A DNA stretch of 62,916 nucleotides, filler included, from Rhabdomonas costata (taxonomy: Eukaryota): NCBI GenBank assembly GCA_019059605.1. It is 44 parts of 44 records of this genome, joined end to end, with 100 filler letters (N's around TTAATTAATTAA, not from the genome) between each part and the next. Parts side by side here need not be neighbours in the genome. Positions count along the whole stretch, not along the records: positions 24,363 to 25,693 come from JAHMHO010019125.1; positions 25,794 to 27,125 come from JAHMHO010019126.1; positions 27,226 to 28,556 come from JAHMHO010019127.1; positions 28,657 to 29,986 come from JAHMHO010019128.1; positions 30,087 to 31,418 come from JAHMHO010019129.1; positions 31,519 to 32,850 come from JAHMHO010019130.1; positions 32,951 to 34,282 come from JAHMHO010019131.1; positions 34,383 to 35,714 come from JAHMHO010019132.1; 36 more parts are not named here. One strand, given 5' to 3'. The notes below the pieces were generated by a model. That model had not been told where the DNA came from. It did not search any database and saw only the letters and a list, made by a program, of their open reading frames with translations. Within the stretch, counting starts at the first letter, position 1. Every line of letters begins with the position of its first letter. The position numbers and the translations under genes are program-made. Positions 24,983 to 37,640 of this stretch are shown piece after piece.

Positions 24983-27900
24983 CGTAGATACATACTATAT
25001 ACTAGGTACACAGTATATGATATACAGTAAGTACAGTAGGTGCTAACTACATATACTAGTAATAGCGCTATTAATAGTACAAGTAATAGTGCTATCTATA
25101 CCAGTAATAGTATACTGTGTTGGTTTTATTGTATATATAATGTGTTAATTTTTTCTAAAAAAAAAAATGCTACAAAAGAGAATTTCAGATGATCGAAGGT
25201 GTAGGGTGTAGTTAAGAGTACACTGCACTTAATAACACCTTAGCACGACCACCGATTCATATTTACGCACTTCATTGGATGCTGTTGTTTACATCGAAGA
25301 TCCAGAACTGCGCTAAAACTGCATGGACTCGAACAACGCAACAGTGGCGCGAACTCACTCTGTTCGCTCGGCTGTACCTGACAGCAACAAAGAGACCACC
25401 CCACCCCGCGAGCCCTTCAGAGAGAACAACAGAACTCCAGCAGCGGTGGGGAGCCTTGCCCTAAATACTATAACAGGGGGGAGAAACCCAGAAACACAAC
25501 AGGAGGTGGTGAGGAGGGCGCCGTGCCCCCAGAGCAACGCGCCCTACCAACAACGTTTCGGAAGTGGCTCCACCTATTTCAGGTCCGCCTCGTAGTTGCG
25601 GACGTTGAAGGCCGTCTTTTGTGCGAGCTGTGCGAAGAAAGAGATTGAACAGTCATCACAGTATCCAGCAATTGCGGTTACCACCACCCCAACNNNNNNN
25701 NNNNNNNNNNNNNNNNNNNNNNNNNNNNNNNNNNNNNTTAATTAATTAANNNNNNNNNNNNNNNNNNNNNNNNNNNNNNNNNNNNNNNNNNNNGGGGGGT
25801 TGTTCCATCGCCACAGCCCTCATTTTTGCGGTGCCACTTATTTCCGGGCAACTTTCATACACTCATGCTTCTACCATGACCTTATACATAGACTCCAATC
25901 CTCAACCAAGAACCACTAGACAACGTCTGGCTCTCTGGCCAAGACTCGGGATTTGCATGAGATGCCTTCCATGACTTGCCCATCACGTTGTTCGATAGGC
26001 ACCCTCTGGGCAGACCGTTGTGGTGGGTTCCTCCGCAACTTCCGGCTTCCTCGGCCATGTCCTGCATACCCACCAGCGTCCCACCGCTCAGGCCCATCCA
26101 AGGAGTGGTTCCACCTTCCACCGCGGAAAGCTGCACCGCCGTGGCTCCGGCCCCAGCGCGGAAATGGCCCTGACGAGACACGCACCGGTGCCCCCCCGCG
26201 CACCCGCTTCCCGACGTTTTTAGCAGCTGCGCACCATTTTTCCATAAAGCTGGGTAAAACCTGTACAGCTGTAAAAGTGAACTGTAGAAGCCGCGTCTGA
26301 ATGAAAACGTCTTATGCGGATGCCGCAGTCCAGGACAATTAGAAACCCATATCATATGTAGCTTGGTTATATATATTTGCAGGGCCGTTCTTCCATTGCC
26401 GCAAGCTCCTGGGGTATTACTAATTGATTGGAAGAGGGAACGCACGTGTTGCCAGGTTTTGTTTGCATTGTGTAACTTCTGCGGACAAATTTACACACAA
26501 CTGCGAAGTTTTCTCACATCTTTGATGACTCTAACCACACAGTGTTGTGTTGGTTGTTAGGCGGGCTGTGGTAAGGTATTGGTCCTCTACCTATTCCAGC
26601 CAAGAACGCCATTGCCATAGGCAGTGAAACGATCTAGCACCAGATGCAAATGTGATCATGCCAGATGTGGTGAAATGAAAACACACCCACTTGAACACGA
26701 CAAACACGCCGCCAACGTCCGGAAGCACAAGCACACTACACCCAAATGCTAGAATAACAACCAACGGCCAAGGATGCCTCGGATGTGGCCTTGAGATGTG
26801 TATTGGATTGTGTATTGGGAAGAGGCGAATATGAGTGGGGACTATGACAACCCGCGGCCACCAGTTGCCCAGATAGCGCCGGTGCGGCGGTAGCAGCGAT
26901 GGAGACACGGACGTTGAGGGATTTTTCGTCGTAATGCACATCACCTGTGTGACCTCTGAGCGAGAGTGACCTCTGTGGGAGTCTCAGAGCGGATCCCCTG
27001 AAGCTGCCTTCCAACCTCACCGTAACTGCAACAGCGTGACCATAATTGAAGGCCACTTAGCGCCACTCACCCTAAACAGGGGGCACCCAGTCCCCACTCA
27101 TATTCGCCTCTTCCCAACACAAACANNNNNNNNNNNNNNNNNNNNNNNNNNNNNNNNNNNNNNNNNNNNTTAATTAATTAANNNNNNNNNNNNNNNNNNN
27201 NNNNNNNNNNNNNNNNNNNNNNNNNGGTGTTGGGGATGGGCGCTGGAAAAGGGACTATTCGGATACAGCATTTCATCACCATCATTTATTCATTCGTCTC
27301 ATTGATATGAGAGCCATGCAAAAAGGAAACCAGGTGGGAGAGCGAGGCGGTGGTATGGTAGAAAGAGGATGAGGGACCTCACACCGCAATTCAAGGAGAA
27401 AGAGCAGCAATAAAAAGAAGCATCCAGCGCGGGGGCAAGGCAACTCAAGCAACTGAGTCTCCCAGGAAGAGAATGGACTTGTGGATGGAGTTAAGAATGA
27501 CGGAACGGGATCCGCGACAAGGCGTAACTGACGGAAGTCTACTGCCATGTTAATTTTCGCCTGAAGAGGAGCAACGGCGTGCCGCCACAGCAGATTCCAG
27601 CTCCCCCCCCTTCCGGACGTGGTTTCTTTTCATCTAACAAAACGGTCGAGCCTCCAGCTCCTAATTCGGCGACGGAGCTCCAACGATGGGAAAAACAAAA
27701 AAAGCAAGAAAGTTTTGACCATGCAGGAGGGGAAGCAATTCAGAAACAAGGCAAGACAAGACAAGCGGGACAGCATCGACAAACAAAAGGCTCCGCGCCA
27801 GAGGAGGAAGTCTGCACTGCCAATAATATGCAACGTGTCTATTTTTGTATGAGTCACTGTGTGCGAGAGGTGTGTGTGGGGGTCGTTTACCCGCTTTCCT

Positions 27901-29043
27901 TGTCCTCAACCAGCGCCCGCTCACGTGGTTTCTTCCTGATCTCTTCCCCTGAGATGTCGCGCCTCCAGCTCCAGTGAAAGGAGCGGCGAGAAAGCAAGAC
28001 CAGAGGGACTTAATCAGGTGGGAGGGGAAGCAACTCGGTGTGGCGCAGCACAGGATAGAGGGAGAAAAGGTTCAGGGGGACGATGACTTCAACCATAACA
28101 AGAGCAGGCAGAGATGAACCCGAGCCCATAAACCATAACATAAGAAGCACGAGTTGAGCAAGCCGGAAAAAAGGAAGCAAAGCATCCGGTCTTGAGAGGA
28201 CACAAAGGGACTTTCTATGCGCGTTTTGTATGTGTGAAACGCTGGCGTATGGGTGAACAAATGGGGGAGGGGGCACAAAACCGCCCCCTAATGAAAGAAC
28301 GACACTGCAAAAAGTGGAAAGCAAAGGTCCTCGGGTGACGCACATCCGATAGCTGCAATGCACATGAAAGGCATGTGAAATGCAAAAAAAAAACAAGATG
28401 CGTGAGGTGCACCACCAGATCTGGGAAAAAGGTGGTGGCGACGGAATTTTCCAGTTTTCGATGCTCAAAAACCGGCAGACACAATGCACCGAAAACATAC
28501 AGCGCGGCTCACCTATCCGGCACACACTTTGGGTAAGCATATTCATTTCACAGGGGNNNNNNNNNNNNNNNNNNNNNNNNNNNNNNNNNNNNNNNNNNNN
28601 TTAATTAATTAANNNNNNNNNNNNNNNNNNNNNNNNNNNNNNNNNNNNNNNNNNNNGGGTTGGGTGTAATTCTGGCGGCCTGAGAAGACTGAAGTCGGCA
28701 TGCCCATGTGACAGATCGGTCACTGGATGCTCATTCCGCGGACCTAGCTTGGTTTTTTTTTTGCTGATGTTTACAATCACATCGCATGAAGGTATGACCG
28801 TTGTCTTCTCCATAGTTAGAGGTTGGTGAAGGTACATCTGTACTGATGTTTCCTGCCCTCTTTTTGGATGCGCGGGGAAACGCGTCTGATTCCTTTATTT
28901 TTCTTTATTGTTTCCTTTTGACGTGACACGGGCAATAGTTCATGAGTCTCCCTTTTTTCTGCAAGCATATGTTCATAGCACCTGCTGCTATCGCTTTCCC
29001 TCTGTCCGGTTTTCTCGCACATCCTCCGGGGGGGGGATGCCAG

Positions 29044-29185
29044 GAGTACGCTGTCTCCGTTGGCAGCGTGGGGTGCCCCTCCTCGTTCGCTGGGGAGTCC
29101 CTGGGAAAGCTTTTCATCGGCAACGTCGTGCTGATGGTGCTCGGCATGCTTGTCACCACGGCGGTCTTCTTCGTGTGCATCGACG
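29044..29185 (+). CDS. Exon of a membrane protein
   Basis: CAG|EYAVSVGSVGCPSSFAGESLGKLFIGNVVLMVLGMLVTTAVFFVCID|GTGAGA, one hydrophobic helix. Confidence 0.5.
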
Positions 29186-30626
29186 GTGAGAAACTCCCCC
29201 ATTCCTCCTGTTTTCGCCGTGATGGGAGGGGTCCTGCAGAGCCTCTCTCTGTGGGAGGCCTTGATACCTCTTTTTTCCCGTTGTTCTGCCCTTAATGGAA
29301 GTGCCTTTCGTTGTGAGGCCATATTGTTGAAACTGTTTCGTCTAAGTATTTCTGTTTCGTGAACTATTGATGTTTTGTTATAGAAACCGACCAGCAGAAA
29401 AGCATTAAATCCGCTCTCAAAAAGTCACAGGACTTATCCGGGTACTCGCACGATGCGGGTTACTGTTACCTTTTTTTTTAAATGGATTGCCGCGGATCAC
29501 CGTTTTGGCCAAGAATGCGAGTTTTCCGGTCATGCGCGCGTACTCGAATTCATTTGTATTTCTTGCGTTGATTGGGGCTTATTTTGGGTATTTCAGCGAT
29601 GCTACGCTTGAGATGTGGTTTTTTGGTATTCGGTATTTTTTAGAAATTACTTTCTGTTTTTTTTTCATTTTTGGCTGTATGCCCCTTTTATGCCCTTTGT
29701 AAGAAAATAAAAGCGTGAGTGATGGTGTTCGCATGTGAAATTTCCCTGGGTAATGCTGTGCTCTGTCTCTGTCGTGTCTGCTGCTATCATGTCTGCTCTT
29801 CCATCACTGTGTGGGTGCAGATACCGTCGCTTTCGTATTTCTCTTTTCTGTCTCCCTGGCCCTCCCTCCCCCGCCTTCAGAGACCGAGAAGAAGCAGAAG
29901 CACTTCATTACCCAGGGAAATGTCACATGCGAACACCATCACTCACGCTTTTATTTTCTTACAAAGGGCATAAAAGGGGCATACAGNNNNNNNNNNNNNN
30001 NNNNNNNNNNNNNNNNNNNNNNNNNNNNNNTTAATTAATTAANNNNNNNNNNNNNNNNNNNNNNNNNNNNNNNNNNNNNNNNNNNNTGTTGGTGGTAAAA
30101 AAAACTCAGCACAGCAGGGGGATAAAACATGTGGGAGAACCCTGAACCATGTGCCCCAAGTCTCAAACTCAAAGAGATCAAACCTTTTGCGCAGTCTCGA
30201 ACTCACACACAACGAGAAAAACTTCACAGGAAAAAATAACACACGGTCCAAGTACAAAGACTTTGAAGGGGGTTGGGAGTTGACAGCTGGTTAACGTGGG
30301 GATGTTCCAAAACGAGAGCTGTAAGAGGACAATCAAAGTGCAAAACTTCTTGGGGGGATGGAAGGTGATATTCGGTTACATGGGATTCCAAAACGAGAGT
30401 TGGAAAAGGACGAACATGCTCCTGTCGTTTCAATTCACCACGGCAGCAAGCAACTTAGGAGGACAGGTGTTCTTGAAGGGTCCAGGGGACTGGAGGATCA
30501 TTATCAAGAAGACGTGCACCGCCTCATGTCGACGCATCTACTGCGAAAGAATGAGTGTGTAATAGCAGGACAGGCAGCATAGTCCCTGCAACTTCTCACA
30601 AAACTTTCCCCACAACTCATCGATGC

Positions 30627-30782
30627 CTCAAACGTGGGCTGCAGAAGCTGCACCAGGCCGCAGAGCTTGATCGTCGCCACACTGCCCGTCGCGCCCACCA
30701 AGAGGTGGGGTCTGCCACTGGGCGCACTGGCTGCCACGCTTGGGAGGTCGCTCCTCGCAGAGGAGCCAGCCACGGCGGCCAT
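30627..30782 (-). CDS. PPCDC: Phosphopantothenoylcysteine decarboxylase (HFCD/Hal3 flavoprotein), first exon
   Basis: RPHLLVGATGSVATIKLCGLVQLLQPTFE is the HFCD FMN-binding motif; similarity stops at GAG|GCATCG. Confidence 0.8.
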
Positions 30783-32950
30783 CGTTTAGGGAAATCCACC
30801 ACGCGGCAGAACGACAGAAAACCGTGGAGTCCAAAAAGCTTTTCAACATCCCACGGAGCGAATTAGACAACACTTACCCGCGCTGGCTCACTTCCAGTTC
30901 GCAAGAAGAAGAAACCAACCCCTTTGACCTCTATTTCTCCTTTTTCTCCGAGTGTCAAAGGACGCCAAGCACGTGATATGGCTTGCCATTTCAAAATTTC
31001 GTCAGCCACTGCGTATGCGCAGATAAACAAGAAGGCGTAGCCTACAATCAGCATCGCGGCGAGTGTGCAATTTCACACAGAATGGTATCATCCCACCTTC
31101 ATGTGACGATTTCTGCTCCACAACAGAACACAGTTCCACGTTCCAGTTGGACTAAGGCCTTTGGTCTTGACCTTGACAGCAAACGAAAAGTGCGCCACGC
31201 CGTGCCAGCCGGTGTGTCATCCCCAGAATTGTGCAGGCACGGCATTCACATTCTCAGACCCCCCATCGCATCTATCACCTTTCCACAACATCCGATATTC
31301 ACATCCAAGACAATCCGAAGGGACCCACTCACACCCCACTCACCCCTGATGAAGCATCAAGGGTGGAGCCCTTCACACAATTCCCTCCGTCCAATCAGCC
31401 GCGGAAATTACCAACACANNNNNNNNNNNNNNNNNNNNNNNNNNNNNNNNNNNNNNNNNNNNTTAATTAATTAANNNNNNNNNNNNNNNNNNNNNNNNNN
31501 NNNNNNNNNNNNNNNNNNTTTTGTGTGGCAAGTGGGGTTTGGGATTGGAGATCTGAAAAAGTACTCTCATTGGTTGTATTATATGAGTACTAATAAAGCA
31601 TGGGAATGGCCATATTAGTACTCATATAATACAACCAATGAGAGTACTTTTTCAGATCTCCAATCCCAAACCCCACTTGCCTCGAAAAACCATAACCCTG
31701 GGTCGATGGCTGGGGCGCTCTTTCTCGCAATGCCCCCCGTGCCAAAAAGTTATCAGCACTACCGTAGCGCCCTCTCCCACGCACATTCCTAGCCGCTGAA
31801 GGTCCAGAAACAGGAAAAAGAGCGCCAACGGCCCCGTGGAGTGCCTCTTGTAAACCTGTGCGCAAATGGCACACGTCAAAGGGGTGAAGTTTATCCTCTT
31901 TAACCGGCCTCCCGACCTGAACCAATCGTCAGGGGGGTCACCCAAGGAAGGAGAAGAGGGGGACAACCACTTACAGCATCCAAAATCACACGTCAACGTA
32001 TTAATGACACTCCCGTGAACGTTTTTAAAGCAAAAGCGAGCAATTGTCAGGACTTTCAGGCATGGAAAAAGAATTCAAAAATTAAATGTTAACTCAGAGA
32101 GAACCGGCCTGTTGACCTCGTGCGTGCCGGCCTTGCAACGGCTCTCTGCCGGTGAAAAAGCCTTTCTACCAACCCTGCCTGCTTCCACTTCATTGCAAAA
32201 TTATGTGAATCCCGGCGCCCTTGAATGAAAGTGAATGAGAGTGCGCGACTTCTCTTGGTGGCTGGGAAAAGGAATGGGTTTCAGCATTAGCAATATGGAC
32301 ACAACCCTCGGAAGCTTCCAACAACAGTGGAAGGGAGGGCGGATCGAGGAACCTCGTCATCTCTGAACTCTGGGCCAATTACAAACACGTCTCCCCAGCG
32401 CCGCAGCCAGGAGTGAGGCTGCGTGAGGGGCACGAACCCCCGCATCTCACCACAACCCGGTGCGTTGGGTACTGCCCGACACAGCACCACTGCCAGGGGT
32501 AGCCCAAAGTTGTAGTAAAGTGATGTCAACCGCCACGGCGGCGCCTCGGTCCACACACAGGGTACGTTACCTCTGCACATTGGTTTCAACGAGCTCATTA
32601 CATGCTCAACGTGTCTCTCAGCAGGAGAGACACCCACCAAAGAAGCGGACCAACACCCAGCACTAGAATCGCGACCTCGTTCAGGCGCGAAATTTCCCCC
32701 CCCCCGGAACCCCCGACCTGCCCACGAAAGCAAACTTGAGTTGATGCACGGTGGTGTCGTTTTCACCATTGCGTAATTGTCTCGCAATATTCAAAGAATG
32801 AGGAGGAGTGGGAAGGGCAACAATAGCAGGTGTTCAACGTTTTAAAACAANNNNNNNNNNNNNNNNNNNNNNNNNNNNNNNNNNNNNNNNNNNNTTAATT
32901 AATTAANNNNNNNNNNNNNNNNNNNNNNNNNNNNNNNNNNNNNNNNNNNN

Positions 32951-33694
32951 GTTTTTGGGTGGAGCGCAAGACGGGGGCCCTTCTGGCGAGCTCTGTCTCG
33001 GGGCAGAACCTCTTCCGCTCCTACGATTCGGTGAGCGGTACGGCCCAGGTGGTTCTTGCGCAGCAGGCCAGCAGCGCGGCGATCCGTGACATCGCCAGTG
33101 CCTCGATGGACCCGGTGGTGGGCTGGGCGAGGTTTACCGAAGGCATTGAGGAGGACATTCACTCCGGGGACTACTACGCCCACGTTGGCCCGGTCACGAT
33201 GCAGGTCTGAATGCTGCCCCAGGTGACCGCCTGAGTGTCCGGTAGGATGCGAGCTGCTTGCTGGGGTTGGTGTGGGGGTTGCTTTCCTTTACTTCCTTTC
33301 GCTCTTGCAGGGCCTTGATTGGGTTCTTGTGGTGGGCACGAAGAGGTCGGTGTGGATGGCGTACATCAACTCCGGGGTGCCGCTGACTGTGGGCCTGGTG
33401 GCGGCGTCCATCGTGGGGTGTGCACATCTGTTTATTTCATGGGATTTGTGCAACTGCTTTGGCGAAGGGGTTTGAGGTTGTCCTTTTGTCTGCGATCAGG
33501 CTGTGCCTGATTGTGCTTCTGCTGGTGAGGCTGGCGACGTCCCCTCTTCGTCGGATCATCGGGCAGCTGGTCCTGCTGCAGCATCTCGATCTGGCCCATG
33601 TGGTGCCCTTCAGCCGGCTCAGCGTCCTGGACGAGGTGGCCACCCTGATGCTGGCCTTCAACGGGCTGGCCGCGGCGCTGAAGGAGTACCGCAA
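32951..33694 (+). CDS. Cache-TM-HAMP receptor, probably receptor-type adenylate/guanylate cyclase, partial; exons 32951-33204, 33311-33417, 33500-33694
   Basis: GLDWVLVVG, a TM helix, then HAMP SPLRRIIGQL...LDEVATLMLAFNGLAAALKEYRK; cyclase domain not in contig. Confidence 0.7.
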
Positions 33695-34509
33695 GTATGC
33701 GCGGTGGACTCTGCAGTTCGCGACCCACGATAAAAAACGTGGCACACACACACGCACACACGCATCACCTATTATCACGGCCAGCAAACACCAGGAGCAT
33801 GCTCAGCCCACCAGCGCAGAAGATAAGCGATCATCCCATCGGGAAACTCCCTCCCTTCGTCCGATTGCACGTTGCATAATCCACATTCGCAGATGAACTA
33901 CCTCTAGGACTTCCAGGCTTCCGCTACTCCCCTTAGTGGTACACTGCCAGTGCACTTCTTGCGTTTTAAGGCAGCCTGGGCAGCTCAGAGGCGCGCACAC
34001 GCCTGCTCTTGTTAAAGCAAGCCTGGCTCATCCTCTTGTGGCCGAACACATACCTTCTCTCTCGCTCTCTCACACTCCACCCTGTTCGACATTTGACATT
34101 TGTGGTTCGTGAGAGGTCTTCTTCACAATTTTATACGACAGATATGGTATGGGTGAGTGGTGGTGAAGTGAGGGAGAGCCTCTTCCCTCTAGTGCCATTG
34201 CATGTGTATTGGGTGCGAAGGCCCGCAGGCTGGCGTGGGGCTGTGTCGTGTCACGGGGTTGTGTGCAAGACACAGACCCACCNNNNNNNNNNNNNNNNNN
34301 NNNNNNNNNNNNNNNNNNNNNNNNNNTTAATTAATTAANNNNNNNNNNNNNNNNNNNNNNNNNNNNNNNNNNNNNNNNNNNNTGTGTGGGGGGTCCGAAC
34401 GTAGAGGTTTCCAGAACTGGGGTACCCCCCCTTGGGCGTATGTTTTAGGCCAATAAGCTGCCTAGCTTCCGGAAGAGGATATGCAACCCGTGAGCCCAGA
34501 AAAAGCAAC

Positions 34510-35232
34510 CTGAAGCTGCAGCTGAAGGTCGCTCACACGCGTCTCCAGCTGCCTGCCTTGGGCCGAGGGGAAAGCCCAAAAGAAGACATTGCTGCCGATC
34601 TTGTCCGACTCCACGGCATTCTCGGCCTTGGCCGAGAAGAGCCAGTGTGTCCAATGTATACTGTCCGCTGAAAATGCCGCTGCGGGTGCTTGTTTGGGAA
34701 CTTTCCACAAAAGATTGAGGAGTTAAACATTAGGCATCGCGAAATGCTTTTGATTTTTGCGAATTTTTGGAATTAATATTACATGGGCACGGGCAGACAA
34801 ATGGGAGAAATGGGATTATTGGGGCCCCAAACTCTTCTAACGGAACGGAATGGAAGGTGTGAACATGTAGCGTTGTTATACGTATGAGAGATGCTCCAAT
34901 AAAAAGTGCGCTTGACAGGTCATTCATGAAGAAAATTGTCAGTCAGGCAACAACAATAAGACAGAAAAACGATGCCCAGTGCAGCCCAGGCATGAAAAAA
35001 ATATTTGCCCAGAATCCGCCAAGGTGAAGCACTCCAGCCGCCAATCGCACCACAACGTCAAGGGAACCTGAAGGACGGCTAGGCACTCCTTGACGCTTTG
35101 GAAGACCACACCCTTGGCCTTAGGAAGAAGCCTCTCCAGCTCCTTCAGAGTGAACGGCTCCCGCTTCTCTAGCAGAAACTCCTTCGTCTTCTGCACCTTC
35201 TCGTCGGCGCTCAAGCCTCTCTTCTTAGACAT
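34510..35232 (-). CDS. MND1: Meiotic nuclear division protein 1, 5' part; exons 35232-35068, 34626-34510
   Basis: MSKKRGLSADEK...FTLKELERLLPKAKGVVFQSVKECLAVLQ|AENAVESDKIGSNVFFWAFPS, the Mnd1 winged-helix signature. Confidence 0.93.
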
Positions 35233-36471
35233 CGGTACCCCCCTTCGCCTATTCAACTATCAGGGTGAGGTAACCCCAAATTCCAATCAGCTAATGGAAA
35301 AGCTACAATGACTTAACAACAAATAAAATAACTGAACGCAAAACCAGCCATTCGCCGTTCAGACCAGTCGAAAGAGAGACTGACTCTCCATGTCCAATTT
35401 TGCAGTGAGGTAAATCAGTGACGTACTGCTTTTCTTCCTCAAACCCATTCCGACACATCGAGCATTGGCTTCTATTGCCGTCGAAAGTACTTGACAAACT
35501 CGATTTTAAATGCCCCCATCACGAAGTAAAAAGGGTCAACAATTCAATATCTTATTGCTTCTCCGTTGCAGGAGCCCCTCTAACCCTCCTCAAGACGAGG
35601 CTTTTTGTGTCGTTGTCAGTCCACTCATCCGCGTGTACTTGTAATTTGTTTCTTTTTTCCATCAATTCGGCCATATAAACCACGGTTTTATCCCTAATTG
35701 ATGGAAAAAAACAANNNNNNNNNNNNNNNNNNNNNNNNNNNNNNNNNNNNNNNNNNNNTTAATTAATTAANNNNNNNNNNNNNNNNNNNNNNNNNNNNNN
35801 NNNNNNNNNNNNNNGGGGGGTTTGTGTGTGTGTGTGTGTGTGGAGATTCAGCGGTTGAGAGCAGGAAGAGCCCACTTATGCCGTTGGGAAAGAGCGCGGT
35901 CTCGTTTCATTTGGGGATTGGGGGCTCTTTGAACAGACGAGGGTTATGTCGCCCTTCTTGTGTCCCTCTCTCCCGAAGTGTTTACTTTTTGCTCCTTCGG
36001 AAGAGCAGTAGTAGAGTAGTATACCACAGAAGGAGCCAGCGACCAGAGAAATTAAAGCAGTCTCATGCCAGCCTCCTCATCTTCCGAAGCCAGTTTGACA
36101 TGGTGAGAGTAGCCATGGTGAGCCTGCTATCACATAGAATACCCGCACAAGAATTCATGCACACCTTTCCTTGATCAGGGACATGCTTTGCACGAACCCA
36201 TACCGTGTGGCTGGTGTGTCATGGGCGGTATGGGTGTTGGGGGGAAACAAAGCACGGGGATTGATGGTGAGTCCACATCCGGTGCACTGAGCAGACATCA
36301 GAACAGCCAGGAACCCAGTGTTGTCTTGGCCACATGGTTCTTTGGGGGGTGGAAGTGTCCCAAAAATGGCCAGCCTTTGCATGTGCATCTGGTTGGGTGA
36401 TTGCGGGTGCTCAGGCTCCCCTGGGGGCCACGCCCTGCACCGAACCACGCCGCTCAACCCCTTCTTCCAAG

Positions 36472-36652
36472 TTGTGGCCCCGGCAGCCCGCAGCGACCCC
36501 AACTCAGGGGACCCCCACGGAGGGGACGCCGACGCCATGATCGTCTTTGAGGGCAAGCTGGGCGTGGGGAAGTCCATCCTTGCCATGGAGATGCAGAACC
36601 AGTGGCCTATGCTGCCCATTATGGTGGTGACGGCCAGCGAGCACGACCGCAG
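36472..36652 (+). CDS. Exon with P-loop NTPase Walker A motif (STAND/ADCY10-like possible)
   Basis: MIVFEGKLGVGKSILA; probable donor AG|GCATGG. Confidence 0.55.
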
Positions 36653-37384
36653 GCATGGGGCCAGATCGGTGGGGTGGTTCCGGTTGCTGGTTTCCGGCAG
36701 GACCCTCATTTGCCCCTTGCAGAGATAAACACGACTGGAGGTATGTGGCCGGGTCCCCTTGGACAGGTTGACAGCTGGTGAAGGTGGTTGTCTGCAATAG
36801 AGGTGGAAATGGCAGCCTGCGATACGATTGAAAGAGGCCGCCCGAGGACCCTCGCTTCGGCACGAGCTAGAGTCCAACCCAAAAAATTCCCTTCCCAATA
36901 TACAATTTTACATTGCACTTAGACGTCATCGAAAACTGGTCAAACAGGGCATGCCCGAACAAACGGGGTGCCAATGGTTCGTTATTCAACAATTTCTTCA
37001 CAACAACAACACAATTACGTGCGCTGCGCGGTGTCACCAAAGAAATTTACAAGATGGAACGCGACAGTGTCAGGGGGGATCAACAAAACGCGAAAAGAAA
37101 TAGAACGGTAACCCAATGCGAACGAAGCAACAAAACATGGGGCACTNNNNNNNNNNNNNNNNNNNNNNNNNNNNNNNNNNNNNNNNNNNNTTAATTAATT
37201 AANNNNNNNNNNNNNNNNNNNNNNNNNNNNNNNNNNNNNNNNNNNNGGTGGGGGGTCTGATGCTGGAGAAGTGGTGCTAAGACGTCATTTGGCTAAAATG
37301 GAGGGTGGTGCCGCCATTTCGGGTTCGGTATTTACATGATAAACCGCCGGGGATGCATTTTTTGTTTCTTTCTTCGTGGTTTTC

Positions 37385-37640
37385 GCGTCTTGGGTTCGAG
37401 GTTTGGGTTCGGGTTCCGTGGGTCGATTCCGGCATTGCAGCTGGTGGGTTTCGGTGCGTGGATTTTGGTTTTGGTCTTTGGTTTTCGGGTTTCTGACTTG
37501 GGTTGGGAATTCGGTATTCATGTCTCAGTGCTCGAGTCTGCGCGTTGAGGATGTTCCGGGTTCGGAGTTCTGTCTTGGGGTTTGGGTTTCGGTCTTTGGT
37601 TTCACTCTTCGGAGTTCTTGCCTTCGGTTTCGGTTTCCTT
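37385..37640 (+). repeat. Degenerate GGGTTC/GGTTTC-rich low-complexity tract
   Basis: Many imperfect G/T-rich 6-7-mers with strong strand skew. Confidence 0.6.

Noticed and set aside
29675-29986. ~80-bp inverted repeat that looks like MITE ends
   Set aside because: Right arm ends exactly at the contig edge; most likely template switching, though a real element is not fully excluded
31527-31681. Long hairpin (pre-miRNA-like)
   Set aside because: Perfect arms at the contig start; same artefact class, as are 50134-50219, 26813-27120 and 42745-42865
37405-37440. tRNA-like GGTCGATTCC
   Set aside because: Lies in a low-complexity tract with no cloverleaf; I found no tRNA, rRNA or SL RNA gene in the window
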